Shown here: piece by piece, positions 52,236 through 64,000 of the stretch
How positions within the stretch are numbered: position 1 is the stretch's first letter
Layout of the letters: every line of letters starts with the position of its first letter
Assembly (NCBI RefSeq): GCF_963921235.1
Contig: NC_086108.1
Location: forward strand, 59,274,001-59,338,000
Length of the DNA: 64,000 nt
Direction: 5' to 3'
Origin: Mobula hypostoma
Taxonomy: Eukaryota
The notes under the pieces: model-generated
What the model was told of the DNA's origin: nothing
The model's input: the letters and a program-made list of their open reading frames with translations, nothing else
The model's database searches: none
Position numbers and translations under genes: made by a program

Positions 52236-54394
52236 CTGAAAATAATCAAATGGTTTATTTGGGTCTTTGTGATAATTATTCTAAACTAAGATAAAAAGTG
52301 ACCCTGAATAATGCATGGTTAAGAACCCATCTGCAATTATTCGATCCGATTTGGCACTCCTGGTTTTCAGCATAACTTTACTTGTATCTTTTATGATCAA
52401 AATGCAAATCACAGGATGTATATTTGATTAAATGCTTATCTAATACAGCCATAATACAAGATCACATTCTAATCAGCCACCTATACACATTGAAGTAGAC
52501 AGTAATAATCTAAGAGATTAAATTCAGATGGGTCTATTTAATCCATACTAAACCCAGCAGATGTCCAGATAGATATAGTAGAGTGTATATATATCTCTAC
52601 ATTGGGGAGGAGGGGTGGGTTTGCAAAGGTTGGTACTTCCTGCAAATTTAGGATCCCACAAAATCCATCCACACTTTCCTGCCTCCATATAAAATTTGTG
52701 GCACTAACATTTAAGATTCTGGACTTTACAAACAATTAATCTAAATCTGAAATAATTCCATAAAAGCGAAAGAATTAAAATGAAATAAAAGGCCAACTAA
52801 TGAGACCAACATCACAAGGAAAGAAAATTGGCTAACCTTCTGGCAACTGCAATGAGCCTTGCTCGAAGTTACATGTGCAGTTATCAGACGTGAAGGGGTC
52901 ACAGGGTTATAACAATTAGTATTATCTTTTGGTGTTAATTGTGAAGAATAATCTTTGGTCTGAATCACTATATGGTCTCAAAGCCTATGAGATTGTAGCC
53001 TGGCAACAATCAGTGCCTACATGAAAGGGAGGAAAAGAATGCCTCATTGAATCCTGTCATTATCAAATCATAACATGCTTACTTAAATTCTTTAGAAACA
53101 CTTCGTTCCAAATGAGAACAGTTTTCATTATGTCCTGAATCAGGCTTTTGTCATGAAGTAGAACATCATTAGTTCACACTGAGAATGTTTTCACAATCCA
53201 GTAGTTTGGTAGCTTACCATAGCAGCAATGAACAAGCACTGGAAGTGAAAGTGACAAAAATTGCCACTGTTCTTCTTCATGTCACTTAAAGTACTCCTGC
53301 AATATAGTTATCTGTTATCTGATAGACACTTGGATTCATTCATTCTTTTATCCAATTTATCCTGTGGTGTTAGCTGAACTTATTTACAATTACAGCTTCA
53401 GAGTGGCTATTTTCCATTGTGGCAGAGCCATCCAGGCTCCCTTCCAATTTGAAGTCAGGAGTGAATGATCTCTACAGTTACATTCCAGAAAATGTTCAGT
53501 AAAGTACTTTTGTGCTTGACAAAATCCAACTACCAACCATCCTCCACTGTAATTTTTTTTATATATTACTAGTCAAGTGAGAAATAGAGGGGTAATTTCA
53601 TAGCATCATAGAAATTGGATGGAAGTTATTTGGTCCATCGTGGCAATGTGGGCCACTGAATTAAACTCTCAATAAATCTTGTTCTCGGCTGTGTTTCCCC
53701 CATTTTATAATATTATAGCAACATACCTTTGGAAATTTATTTCTGAACCTATTTCTATCACTTCATAATAATCAGCTTTCTAAATGATTGCTATGAAATA
53801 TTCTCCATAGTATAAATAAATAAATCTGCTATTAATTATTTTGGTCATATTCTGTATGAACTTTTTGCAATGGAAATGCTGAATGTCCTATTATATTTCA
53901 ATTGGCTATTATTCCTACCATTTTTCTCAGCAAGTGAAATATTCATGATAAAATGTGATTTTTAAATTAAATTTCCAAATTATATACTATTTCAGAAAAT
54001 CATGACAATTAATTAATGTTGTTATATTTCTGTCTTAGACTGGCTTTATTAAAGTACTTACTTGAAGCTCTCAGTTTTCACTGACACCTGTGTTTCGACA
54101 TGATGGTTTCACTCCGAGCTTTGACCCCATTAACTAAATTCATATTGTTCATTCCAAGTAGATACACTGCATTCCACTTCTGAAATACAACAAACCCATT
54201 CCACCAGCTGGACAGCTGAAATATTTTTCTACAGTTTTAGAAATTTCTGTATATATTTTGCTCAAAAATAAATGGATTCCTAGGAAAATAGAAATACTGA
54301 ACGTAGAGAAATGAAAGGGAAGGCGAGGAAACAATGATTACACATGTTGTCACCTTCATTGCAAAACTTCAAGAAGCACTTTATGTTGAGAAAG

Positions 54395-54722
54395 AAACAT
54401 AGAAACATAGAAAGACTACAACACAATACAGGCCTTTCGGCCCACAATGCTGTGCCAAACATGTACTTAATTTAGACATTACCTAGGGTTACCCATAGCC
54501 CTCTATTTTTCTACGCTCCATGTACCAATCCAGGAGTCTTTTAAAAGACCCTATCGTATCAGCCTCCACCACCATTGCTAGCAGCCCATTCCATGCACTC
54601 ACCACTCTCTGCATAAAAACTTACTCCTGACATCTTCTCTGTACCTACTTCCAAGCACCTTAAAACTGTGCCTTCTCGTGTTCGCCATTTCAGCCCTGGG
54701 AAAAAGCCTCTGACTATCCACA
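54395..54722 (-). mobile_element. CR1 3' fragment
   Basis: (AAACATAG)n tail and the reverse complement of the CR1 3' UTR and ORF end. Confidence 0.85.
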
Positions 54723-54829
54723 AGTATCAAAGAGAGAGAATGATGTAGAGAAGGAGAGGAGAGAGAGTATGTAAAGGTCAGTGTAAGCAGCTTACTACAC
54801 TTGGCATTCTATTAGTAAACATCATAGAG

Positions 54830-55110
54830 ACATTGACATATAGCAGGCTCTTCGACCCATCAGGTCATGCTGTCTGTTAATAACACAGTTTACACTAATC
54901 ATATAGTAAACCCATTTTTATTCTTCTTACATTCTCTTCAATTTCCCCCACACTCTACCAAACACCTGCACATGAGATCAATTTACAATAACTAAGTAAC
55001 AGGACCATACTGAGGAAACTCATACGGTCACAGAGAGAACATCCAAAGTGCACATAGACAACACCCAAGATCAGTACCAGAGTCCGGTACTGTGAGTTGG
55101 AGGCTCAACT
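54830..55110 (-). mobile_element. Degenerate V-SINE/CR1-tail element
   Basis: gaggaaactcatacggtcacagagagaacatccaaagtgcacatagac resembles the reverse complement of the SINE at 31497. Confidence 0.55.
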
Positions 55111-56821
55111 AGCAGATCCACTGTGACAGAGTATAAATAGCCTTTTTTTATAATTTATCAGTTTCTTCCCAGATAACACAATTTATCATTTTTACCGATA
55201 ACATTTTTGGTACTGCACACACAATGTGTTCAGCAAAGTAATTTAGTCTCTACTGTTGTAACATACACTCCAGTTGCAAAGACATAAAGACACGATAAGA
55301 ATTACTCTTTGGAGGCTCAGATGTCAGCCATTGTGTGAACATTTCCAGAGAGTTGTCTGAAAAGACTAATTAACTTGCTTTGCATACGACCATACCACAA
55401 GTCTTCAAGGTTCTGATAGTTACCATTCAGTCTGTATGACAGGAAGTCTTGCAGAGCTGGTATAAATAATACATGAAGAGAATATTCACATGATTTCACT
55501 GGTTTACACAGGCAGAAGGTTGCTTATTATATGAGGCAAAATAGCAAGACTGTTCCAGAATCCTTTTGTCCTTCTTAAAACATGACTATAATGAGACAGA
55601 AGCCTTCAGTAGTCCAAGAACCAATGAACATCCATTCCATGTGTTTGATTTCTCAAGTTGCATTTTGGAGAGAGGCCTAAATACTCATAGGAGGTTGAAC
55701 TTCACCCACTGGCAGTGGAGAATGTTTGGACCAGCAACAAAATTGCTAATATTTTGGAAACTAATACTCCTGGTTTCCATTAATTCCTCATGATAGTTCA
55801 GGCAGAACATGATCTTCTATTTCCAAAAAATTCAGTGAGGTTGTAATTAAGGATACAGATAGATAGAAGCCAATTTCTGATAAATTACTGTTGAGGATTC
55901 TGATTTCATTAAATTAAGCCAAATGAAACCATTGCTACGATAAATGTGACTCCATTACCTGGAAACTTGCGATTGTTTTCCAAATCCCTACAGCAATTCC
56001 ATGGCTGTACACAGTTGAGTGTAGCACAGAAACCAGCCCACAGTAATATCTGTACAACATCAGTAACAATGTATTCCATCTCATTTTCCTCTCTTTTCTG
56101 ATTCAATAAAATACTTAAAGCCTGTAATAAGAGCTTAAATTTCTCCTCCAGTCTACAACTTGTGCACTACAAGCACCTTCTAAGCTATCATACTTAAGAT
56201 CACAATTCAGGCACCATATTGTATGGAAAATATATTACCTGTTGAGTTATTAAAGTCACAATCGATTAAACATAAGCATTTTAAAAGTAGTTAAATTCAG
56301 TAAGTGCCAGTGAGGATCCAGGAAATAGAAGGAAATTGCTCAATTTGTTAACATCATCGATCCTGTTCTCTCCATATCCATGTGTGTGTTCATTTGTCAT
56401 CATGTAACACTGCTGTAGATTTAAATAGTGATGCCTCAGAAATTAACCATTACTTCTTGTTTCTACATTTATGAAAATATTACGCACTGCAGCCTCAAAC
56501 TAAAGGGCTAGTTCTGAGAAAGGGTCATTGATCCCTACCCACAGGTACCTGCTGAACAGCTAAATATTTTAAGTGCTTTCAATTTTTATATTGTAAAAAA
56601 TTAATTATCTTCTGGAAGGCACATAACATCACTCACACAGGACACCAGGGCACTAGCCAGTAAAGAGATAGAGTAGATACCATATAATAACCTCTCATCA
56701 GGTAAAAATTATCAATCCTCCTCTATGTGATAGAGAGCCTTGGTGCATTTCCCAGCAGGCCAATCACTGTAGCAGGGAGAGGCGGGTTGGGATGTATTCA
56801 CTGACTATTCATTTAGAACTA

Positions 56822-57579
56822 CAGTGGAGTCTGAGCCATTGGTTAATCGGGGCAGCCATTTAATTGGGACAGCTCTTAAAGGTCAAAAACTAATCATAAA
56901 ATTAGCCAGGATTCCCTTTGTCTACTTGAGTCACTATGCCATTTAATTGGGGAAGGAGTCTATTACTGAACAGTTTCTAATTAGTGTCAGACCCATGCCC
57001 TTGTATGGCCATTAAGACACTACGCAGTGGTTAGAACGGATAGTTTTTAAATAGTGGTTGTTGTATGTGTTTATGTTCAAAAGCGGTGACGTTGTCACTG
57101 ATGGTTGGCAAGAAATAAAGAGTAAGACAATTGAGGACAGTTTTGCTCACTGTGGTTTCAAGCATTCACGCTTGCAATGCCAGAAACAACCAAGAATGAA
57201 AATGAAACGATTTAGCTACTTCAACAAATTAGGAAGTATGAAGAATCAGAAGGCATCGACAATCAACTTGAATATTACAATGAAAACAAAGAGTTGGATC
57301 ATTGATAGCATTGTAGGAAGGCAGTCCACTATCTGCACTAGGTGGCTGCACTGATTTTGTTCACTTAAATTCAATCGAAAGAACGTAGCAGGTTTATAGT
57401 ATTGTTGTAGTATTGATATTGTTCTAATTTGTTCTGCATTTCAATTAAATACATAACTTGTTACTCAGTTAAATGCAAGTTTGTCTTTTTAATACATGTT
57501 TAACTATTTAAATGAAGCTTTGGCTAATTAGTCCAAAATGTACTGGTTCTGATGTGTCCCAATTAATTAGAATCCTCTG
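56822..57579 (+). mobile_element. Tigger/pogo-like internally deleted DNA transposon
   Basis: TA on both flanks; degenerate CAG..GGA TIRs and sub-terminal TTAATTGGGAC motifs; transposase C-terminal remnant WQEIKSKTIEDSFAHCGF. Confidence 0.7.
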
Positions 57580-58663
57580 TATTTGTTTTTTTTTAAACCT
57601 GGTTAAATTTAATCACATCTTTGCAACTCAAAATCAGATGGAACTATATTTTTGTTACCCTATTGGCACTTTCATTCAAGATATGACAGGTTTATTTTTG
57701 AATTTTTAGAATCTCAGTTAGCCCACAACATGTTTACGAATGCAGATAAATAGCAGAAATCCTCCACGAGCCAAAAAGTCCTTTTGTACTGTATCTCTGA
57801 ATGGAAAGAAAGCCAATATCATTTTTGAAGAAATGAAAATAAGATCAGAAGTAAACTTTAGCAATGTGCTGTGCAGGAGGAACAACAAGCAGAACAGCTA
57901 GGTAATTGAATATATAACAAAACAATGTGAATGACATGGCATTTACACAGCCCTGTACTGCATTTAAAGAAAATCATTCAAACCAACAGGTCAATCAACA
58001 TTTGTGTTCTGTATGAGTTTCCACCTGTGCAGCTTCATAATACATTAATAATACTGTCAGCTCTGTATGAGCAGGCACTTACCAGTCTCCACCCAGGTAA
58101 CAGAAGTTACATGCCACTCATTTCCAACTCATCACCTGCAGCCTATTTAAACCTAGCTCTTATCCGCAATCCTTCTCCACTCATACAAACTGGCCAGCCT
58201 CAAACAGATGCTCCCAGCCTTCAGTTAACTTATTGCCTTGTCATGTTAAGTATCTGTTCTCTCTTATTTTGTGGCCCCTTGTCACTTGTTTATTATTAAA
58301 GTTATCATTCTCTGTTGGGATGTGGACCACAGATTACAAATGAGAAAAGAAAAGGCAATGTCAAAGGGGAAAAGTTATGATATCATGGGAGTTTTCAACA
58401 TACAGGTCGATTGGGAAAATCAATTACGAAATGAATCTCAAGAGAGTGAGTGTGTTGAATGTCTATGAGATGGCTTTTTAGAGCAGTTTGTCATTGAGCC
58501 TACTGGGAGATCAGCTATACTGGATTGTGTGTTATGTAATGAACCAAAGGTGATTAAGGACCTTAAGGTAAAAGAACCCCTCGGAGACAGTGATCACAAT
58601 ATGTTTTAGTTCAAAGTTGCTGGTGAACGCAGCAGGCCAGGCAGCATCTATAGGAAGAGGCGC

Positions 58664-58699
58664 AGTCGACGTTTCAGGCCGAGACCCTTCGTCAGGACT
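58664..58699 (-). ncRNA. Minimal type I hammerhead ribozyme motif
   Basis: Exact mirror of 58700-58735. Confidence 0.8.
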
Positions 58700-58735
58700 A
58701 GTCCTGACGAAGGGTCTCGGCCTGAAACGTCGACT
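58700..58735 (+). ncRNA. Minimal type I hammerhead ribozyme motif
   Basis: AGUC CUGACGA AGGGUCUCGGCCU GAAA CGUC GACU; predicted cleavage after C58731. Confidence 0.82.
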
Positions 58736-61700
58736 GCGCCTCTTCCTATAGATGCTGCCTGGCCTGCTGCGTTCACCAGCAACTTTGATGTATGTTGCTT
58801 GAATTTCCAGCATCTGCAGAATTCCTGTTGTTTATGTTTTAGTTCAACTTGGTTTTGTTGGGAGAAAGTAAAATCTGATGTAGCAATACTTCAGTGGAGT
58901 AAAGGAAATTACAGCGGTATGAGAGAAGAGTTGGCCAAAGTAAATTGGAAAGAGATGCTGGTAGGGATGACAACAGACCAGCAATGGTGTGAGTTTCTGG
59001 GAAAAACTGAGGAAGATGCAGGATAGATGTATTGCAAAAATGAAGAAATACCCAAATGGCAAAACAGTACAACTATGGCTAACAAGAGAAGTGAATGCTA
59101 ATGTAAAATCAAAAGAGAGGGTATACAACAACACAAAAATTAGTGGGAAGCCAGAGGGTTGGGAAGCTTTTGAAACCCGACAGAGAGCAACTAAAAGAAT
59201 CATTAGAAGGGAAAAGATGAAATATGAAAGTAAGCTAGCAAATAATATCAAGGTGGATCATAAAAGTTTTTTTCCAATATGTTAAAAATAAAAGAGAAAT
59301 GAGAGTCAACATAGGACCACTAGAAAATGAGGAAGGAAAAATAATAGCATGGGACAAGGAGATGACTGATGAACTAAATAAGTATTATGTATCAGTCTTT
59401 AATGTGGAAGACACTAGAAGTGTGCCAAATGTTGAAGGATGTGAGGGAAGAGGAGTGAATGCAGTCACTATTGCAAGGGAGAAGATGCTTAAAAAACTGA
59501 AAGACCTAATGGTACGTAAGTCACCTGGATCAGACGAACAGCACCCTAGGGTTCTGAAAGAGGTAGTGGTAGAGATTGTAGAGGCATTTGTAATGATCTT
59601 TCAAAAATCATTGGAACCTGGCATGGTGCTAGGGGACTGGAAAATTGTAAATGTCACTGCACTCTTTAAGAAAGTAGGAAGGCAGCAGAAAGGAAATTAT
59701 AGACCAGTTAGCCTGACCTCGGTGGTTGGGAAGATGTTGCAGTCAATTGGTAAGGATGAGGTTATGGAGTACTTGATGACACAGGACAAGATAGGTCAAA
59801 GTTAGCATGGCTTATTACGGGAAAATCTTGTCTAACTAACCTGTTGGAATTCTTTGAGGAGATTACATGTAGGGTAGATAAAGGGGTTGTTGTGGAATTT
59901 CAGAAGGCCTTTCACAAGGTGCCACATGTGACGCAAAGTTAAGAGCCCATGGTATTACAGGAAAGGTACTGGCATGATTCGAGCATCGGCTAATTGATAG
60001 GAGGCAGTGAGTGGATATAAAAGGATCCTTTTCTGGTTGGCTGCCAGTGCTTAGTGGTGTTCTGCAGGGGTTGGTGTTGGGACCACCTCTTTTTATGTTG
60101 TATATCAATGATTTCAATGATAGGATAGATAGCTTTGTTGCCAAGTTTGCAGATGATCTGAAGATTTGTGGAGGGGCAGGTAGTTTTGAGGAAATAGGTA
60201 GCTGCAGTTGACTTAGACAGATTAGGAGAATAGGCAAGAGAGTGGCAAACGAAACACAGTGTTGGAAAATGCATGGAAAATACTACTTTGATAGCAGAAA
60301 TACATATGCAAACTATTTTCTAAATGGGGAAATAATCCAAAATTCTGAGATACAAATGGACTCGGAAGTCCCTGTGCAAAACACCCTAAAGGTTAACATG
60401 CAGGCAACTGGTGGTGAGGAAGCCAAATGCAATGTTAGCATTCATTTCAAAATGTCTAGAATACATAAGCAGGGATGTGATACTGAGGCTTTATAAGACA
60501 CTGGTGAGACCTCACTTTGAGTATTGTGAACAGTTTTGGGATCCTCATCTCAGAAAAGATGTGCTGGCATTGGAGAGTGTAGGGTCCAGAGGAGGTTCAC
60601 AAGGATGATTTCAGGAGCAAAAGGAACATACGAGGAACATTTGATAGTTCTGGGTCTGTACTCGCTGGAATTTAGAAGGATGAGGGAGGTCTCATTGAAA
60701 CCTTTTGAATGTTGAAAGGCTAGACAGAGTAAGTGTGTACAGGATGTTTCCCATGGAGGAGATGTCTGGGACAAAAGAGCGCAGCCTCAGGATAGAGGGG
60801 CATCCATTTAAAACAGAGATGTGGAGAAATTTCTTTAACTAGAGGGTGGAGAATTTGTGGAATTTATTACCATAGGCAGCTGTGGAGGCCAGGTCATTGG
60901 GTGTATTTAAAGCAGAACTTGATAGGTTCTCGATTGGACACAACATCAAAGGTCACAGGAAGAAGGCCGGAATGTGGGGCTGAGGAGGGGGAGAAAAGGA
61001 TCAGCCATGATTGAGTGGTACAGCAGACTCGATGGGGCAAGTAGCCTAATTCTACTCCTATGTCTTATGGTCTCAAGTTGCCTCTGCTGTCCTGCATCTG
61101 TGTCATTCTTCCTCTACATTTCCTGACAAATATGACCTTCTTTATCTCTACTGAACTTAACCGTTTCTTGGAAGCCCTCTGTTGTTTATCTAAATAAGTA
61201 TGTATGTGTTAATAAGCTTATTCCAAAATACCTTCATTAAAAAAAAGATAACTTTCCCCAATTCTTTATGCTTATTGTGACTACCTCATGTTATTATCAT
61301 AGTTTTTGGCTCTGAAACAAATGGAACCATATTTTTCAATGTCCCTTTCAAATTCAATTTTAAAAACTTCCAGAAGTAAATTCCCTACCTTACCTCCTTC
61401 AGTCTTTCCTGATCATAAATAAGTTCTCTATTCTGGTATTATCCTTGTTTTTTTGCCATTTTCTCCAGTATCTCTTAATGTTTTTGAAATAAGAAGACCA
61501 AAACCATGCCCGTTACTTAAGATGGAGTCTTACTTTAATTCTTACAACATTTAAAATAACTTTTGATTTTAAAATTTATTCCTCTAATGAGTTGCTGTGC
61601 TTTGTTGACATATCTTATTGTCTAATAATCATGTATCACAGCTTTCATGATTTGTTCTGACAAAGTATCTTCAGCTTGAAATGTCCCATAGATGTTGCCT

Positions 61701-64000
61701 AACTTGCAGACTGCTTCCCATGTTTTCTGTTTTTATTTTACCATTGGTACCCAGTGCCCCGTCCAAGCTTCCTAACTCCTCCTGTCAAAGGACACCATTT
61801 CAAATTACATTAATTTTAATATTTCTTGATTCATTCACAGGCTGTGGCGAGGGCTGACAAAGCCAGTGTTTATTTCCCATCACCAGTTGATCGAGAGGCA
61901 GCACAGTGAAAGCACAATAAGCTGCCTTCTTTAATTGCTGAACGGATCGTTCAGTGATGGATGGATTGGTAAAGATGAGATCAGGAAGGCATTTTCTCAT
62001 ATTGGTTCTTTCACTACCTGCCACAGGCCTGGAACGGTAGCTGTCTCTTTCAATATTTAGTCAGCTCAATCAGCACTGGTATTACTGAGCCACTGTTAGT
62101 GATGGATGTTCAAATCTATCACCCAGGGCTTCCTTCAACTGGTGTTCAATGTGAATCAATATTTGAAGGAAGGCAGTAAGTAATTTGTGTGCTTATTCTG
62201 CAACACTATTGATGTTTTTCTGTGATTTGTCACAGAAAACAACATTTTTAATAAATATCTTACTGTTAATCACTTTCCTTAACATTTAAAAAAAGATCGT
62301 CTCAAAACATAAAGAACAATTGCAGGGACTATAGTTTCTATTCAACATTTTTCCATTCTGATAGTCTAAATGCCATTCATATTGGCAACTGTAATAAACG
62401 TTATCTGTGGAGGTGCCATAAGCCCAGGTAGATAGCTTACATTTCATAAATGAAGCCCAAGGACCAATGTTAAGTTACTCTCAGGTCTCACATTTTGTTC
62501 ATGACAAGGGAATCACCAATAAACAAACTGCCTTCTCCAAGATTTCTTTCTTCTTATGTTCCCCTTTGTTATTTAATTGTTTTTTCTCTTTTACTCCTAT
62601 ATGTCCACTTCTAGATTGCCTGCAGGTTCTGGCTCTGCATAGCAATTATATTGAACCATCTCCCTGTCAACCATACTTGTATCTATGATGGGAAATTTTA
62701 ATTTATTTTAATTCCAAATGTTTTTGCTAATTTAGTCATCTTTCAATTGCATCTGTGTGCCAGAGTGCACCTCCATTTGGTATCACATTTTAAGGAGATG
62801 CCAGTAGCTCAGCTTTTAATCTGGCAAGGTTAAATTCTACTATTTAAATTCTACTATATAAAGCTATAAATTCTACCTAGAGTTCAAAGTAAATTTATTA
62901 TCAAAGTATATTTATATCACCAGATACTACCTTGAGATTCATTTTCTTTCATCCATTCACATTAGAACAGAGACATACAATAGGATCGATAACAAACTAC
63001 ACAGAAACAGTGCATGGGTGCACTTGGTAGATTTTTGAATAAATGGAACAATTGTTCTGGACAACTTCCAACGTAATAATAAATCAATAGCCCAACACCT
63101 AGGTCAAAAGATACCAAACATTGCATATCTGCATGTTAAAAATCTGCTGCCTGATCCTCGCCTTGTGAAATTAGATTTAGGAGAAAGCCACAGTCCCATT
63201 AAAAAGGCTCTGATAACATTCACTTACCATTGTTGTGGTGCTCATCTTACTTTGGCTAGCAATGGGGGAAAATAAGAAATTCATCATATGTTTGGGAGGG
63301 AAATACTTTCTGATACTTCCAGTGCTGAGAAAATGAGGGGGGGGGCAGCACGAGGAGGAAGAAAGGGTACCTGTATTATAGTGGGAGCAGTATGGAGCTT
63401 CCAATGTGATCGTATTGGGTTTGCTGACAGTGAAGTTCTAAACTCGAGTGAAGTACTTCATCCCTATCCAATATAGAAAGCCATGGGTATCCTCACTAAA
63501 GGGAAGTTATACTGCAGCTATCTACACTTCAAAGACTAGATCACTTTCCTGTTTTTCCTGTTTAGCTGCCAGTACTTACTATTCGAGTGTGGGGCCCCAC
63601 CCTCCCTAATAAGGAGGAGATATTTCCAGCTAGTGAAGTAATTTAAACACAATTTATTTATTTTTAGTGATACACATTTAAATATAGACCAAATACTTAA
63701 AATACATATAAATTTTATAGTGGTTTTCCATATTATAAAAGATTTCCAAATTACAAACTATTTCTAAAATACAAAGGGTTTCCAGGTACAATTCCTATAA
63801 GGTAAAACAACATGCCAATGATTTACAGATGAAAGAATCATCTGTCACTGAAATCAAAGGCAGAAGAATGGATTCTAGTTCACCTTGTCTTTCTGTCATT
63901 CTTCTTGTTATTCTTGGACCATTCCTAACAAGCCTGACTGCTCTCTTGTATTTATACTGTTTCTCTGCCACTTAGCAGACTTCACATGCATGATACCTTT

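Larger units (their letters stand above)
58611..58832. mobile_element. Perfect-palindrome PLE-derived insertion
   Basis: 58611-58699 is the exact reverse complement of 58700-58788, with no spacer; TSD TATGTTTTAGTTCAA at 58600-58614 and 58833-58847. Confidence 0.93.
58300..61072 (+). mobile_element. Older CR1 LINE with APE endonuclease remnant, interrupted by a palindromic insert
   Basis: IMGVFN, EPT..SAILD.VL.N and SDHN (endonuclease); NYRPVSLTSVVGK and KFADD (RT); tail tatgtcttatggtct. Confidence 0.88.

Noticed and set aside
55317..56106. Short minus-strand ORFs with possible splice sites (similar ones at 18569-18680 and 42815-42935)
   Set aside because: No recognisable domain, and no consistent exon chain can be built from sequence alone.
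58611..58788. Palindromes as sequencing or assembly fold-back artefacts
   Set aside because: Each is bounded by a TSD, and the host CR1 resumes in register after the inserts at 45482 and 58611, which artefacts would not produce. Read-level confirmation is still advisable.
1..64000. CRISPR arrays, prokaryotic operons, rRNA or tRNA genes
   Set aside because: No regularly spaced repeats or gene-dense structure; the only tRNA-like sequence is a decayed SINE head.

Overview
This is vertebrate nuclear DNA: AT-rich, repeat-dense, and intronic or intergenic. An HE1/V-SINE-like element and HER1-like CR1 LINEs suggest a cartilaginous fish (inference). No host protein-coding gene can be identified with confidence. 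Almost all long ORFs belong to retroelements: many CR1 LINEs (one with an intact reverse transcriptase [RT] ORF running off the left edge), Rex1/Babar LINEs, an L1-like 3' end, a HERO-type RLE LINE, a decayed Ty3/Gypsy gag and a decayed Penelope-like element (PLE). Tigger-like and hAT-like miniature DNA transposons (MITEs) are also present. The most striking signal is a young family of short non-coding PLE-derived insertions carrying a minimal type I hammerhead ribozyme (HHR) motif, AGUC-CUGACGA-stem II-GAAACGUC-GACU. They insert with roughly 10-15 bp target-site duplications (TSDs), often as head-to-head fold-backs. These include a spacer-less perfect 178-bp palindrome whose axis sits exactly at the ribozyme boundary (58611-58788) and a ~99% identical 263-bp inverted repeat (36604-37143). 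A separate, unexplained CpG-rich 194-bp rod-like inverted repeat lies at 19835-20028. Boundaries of decayed repeats are approximate, read by eye.
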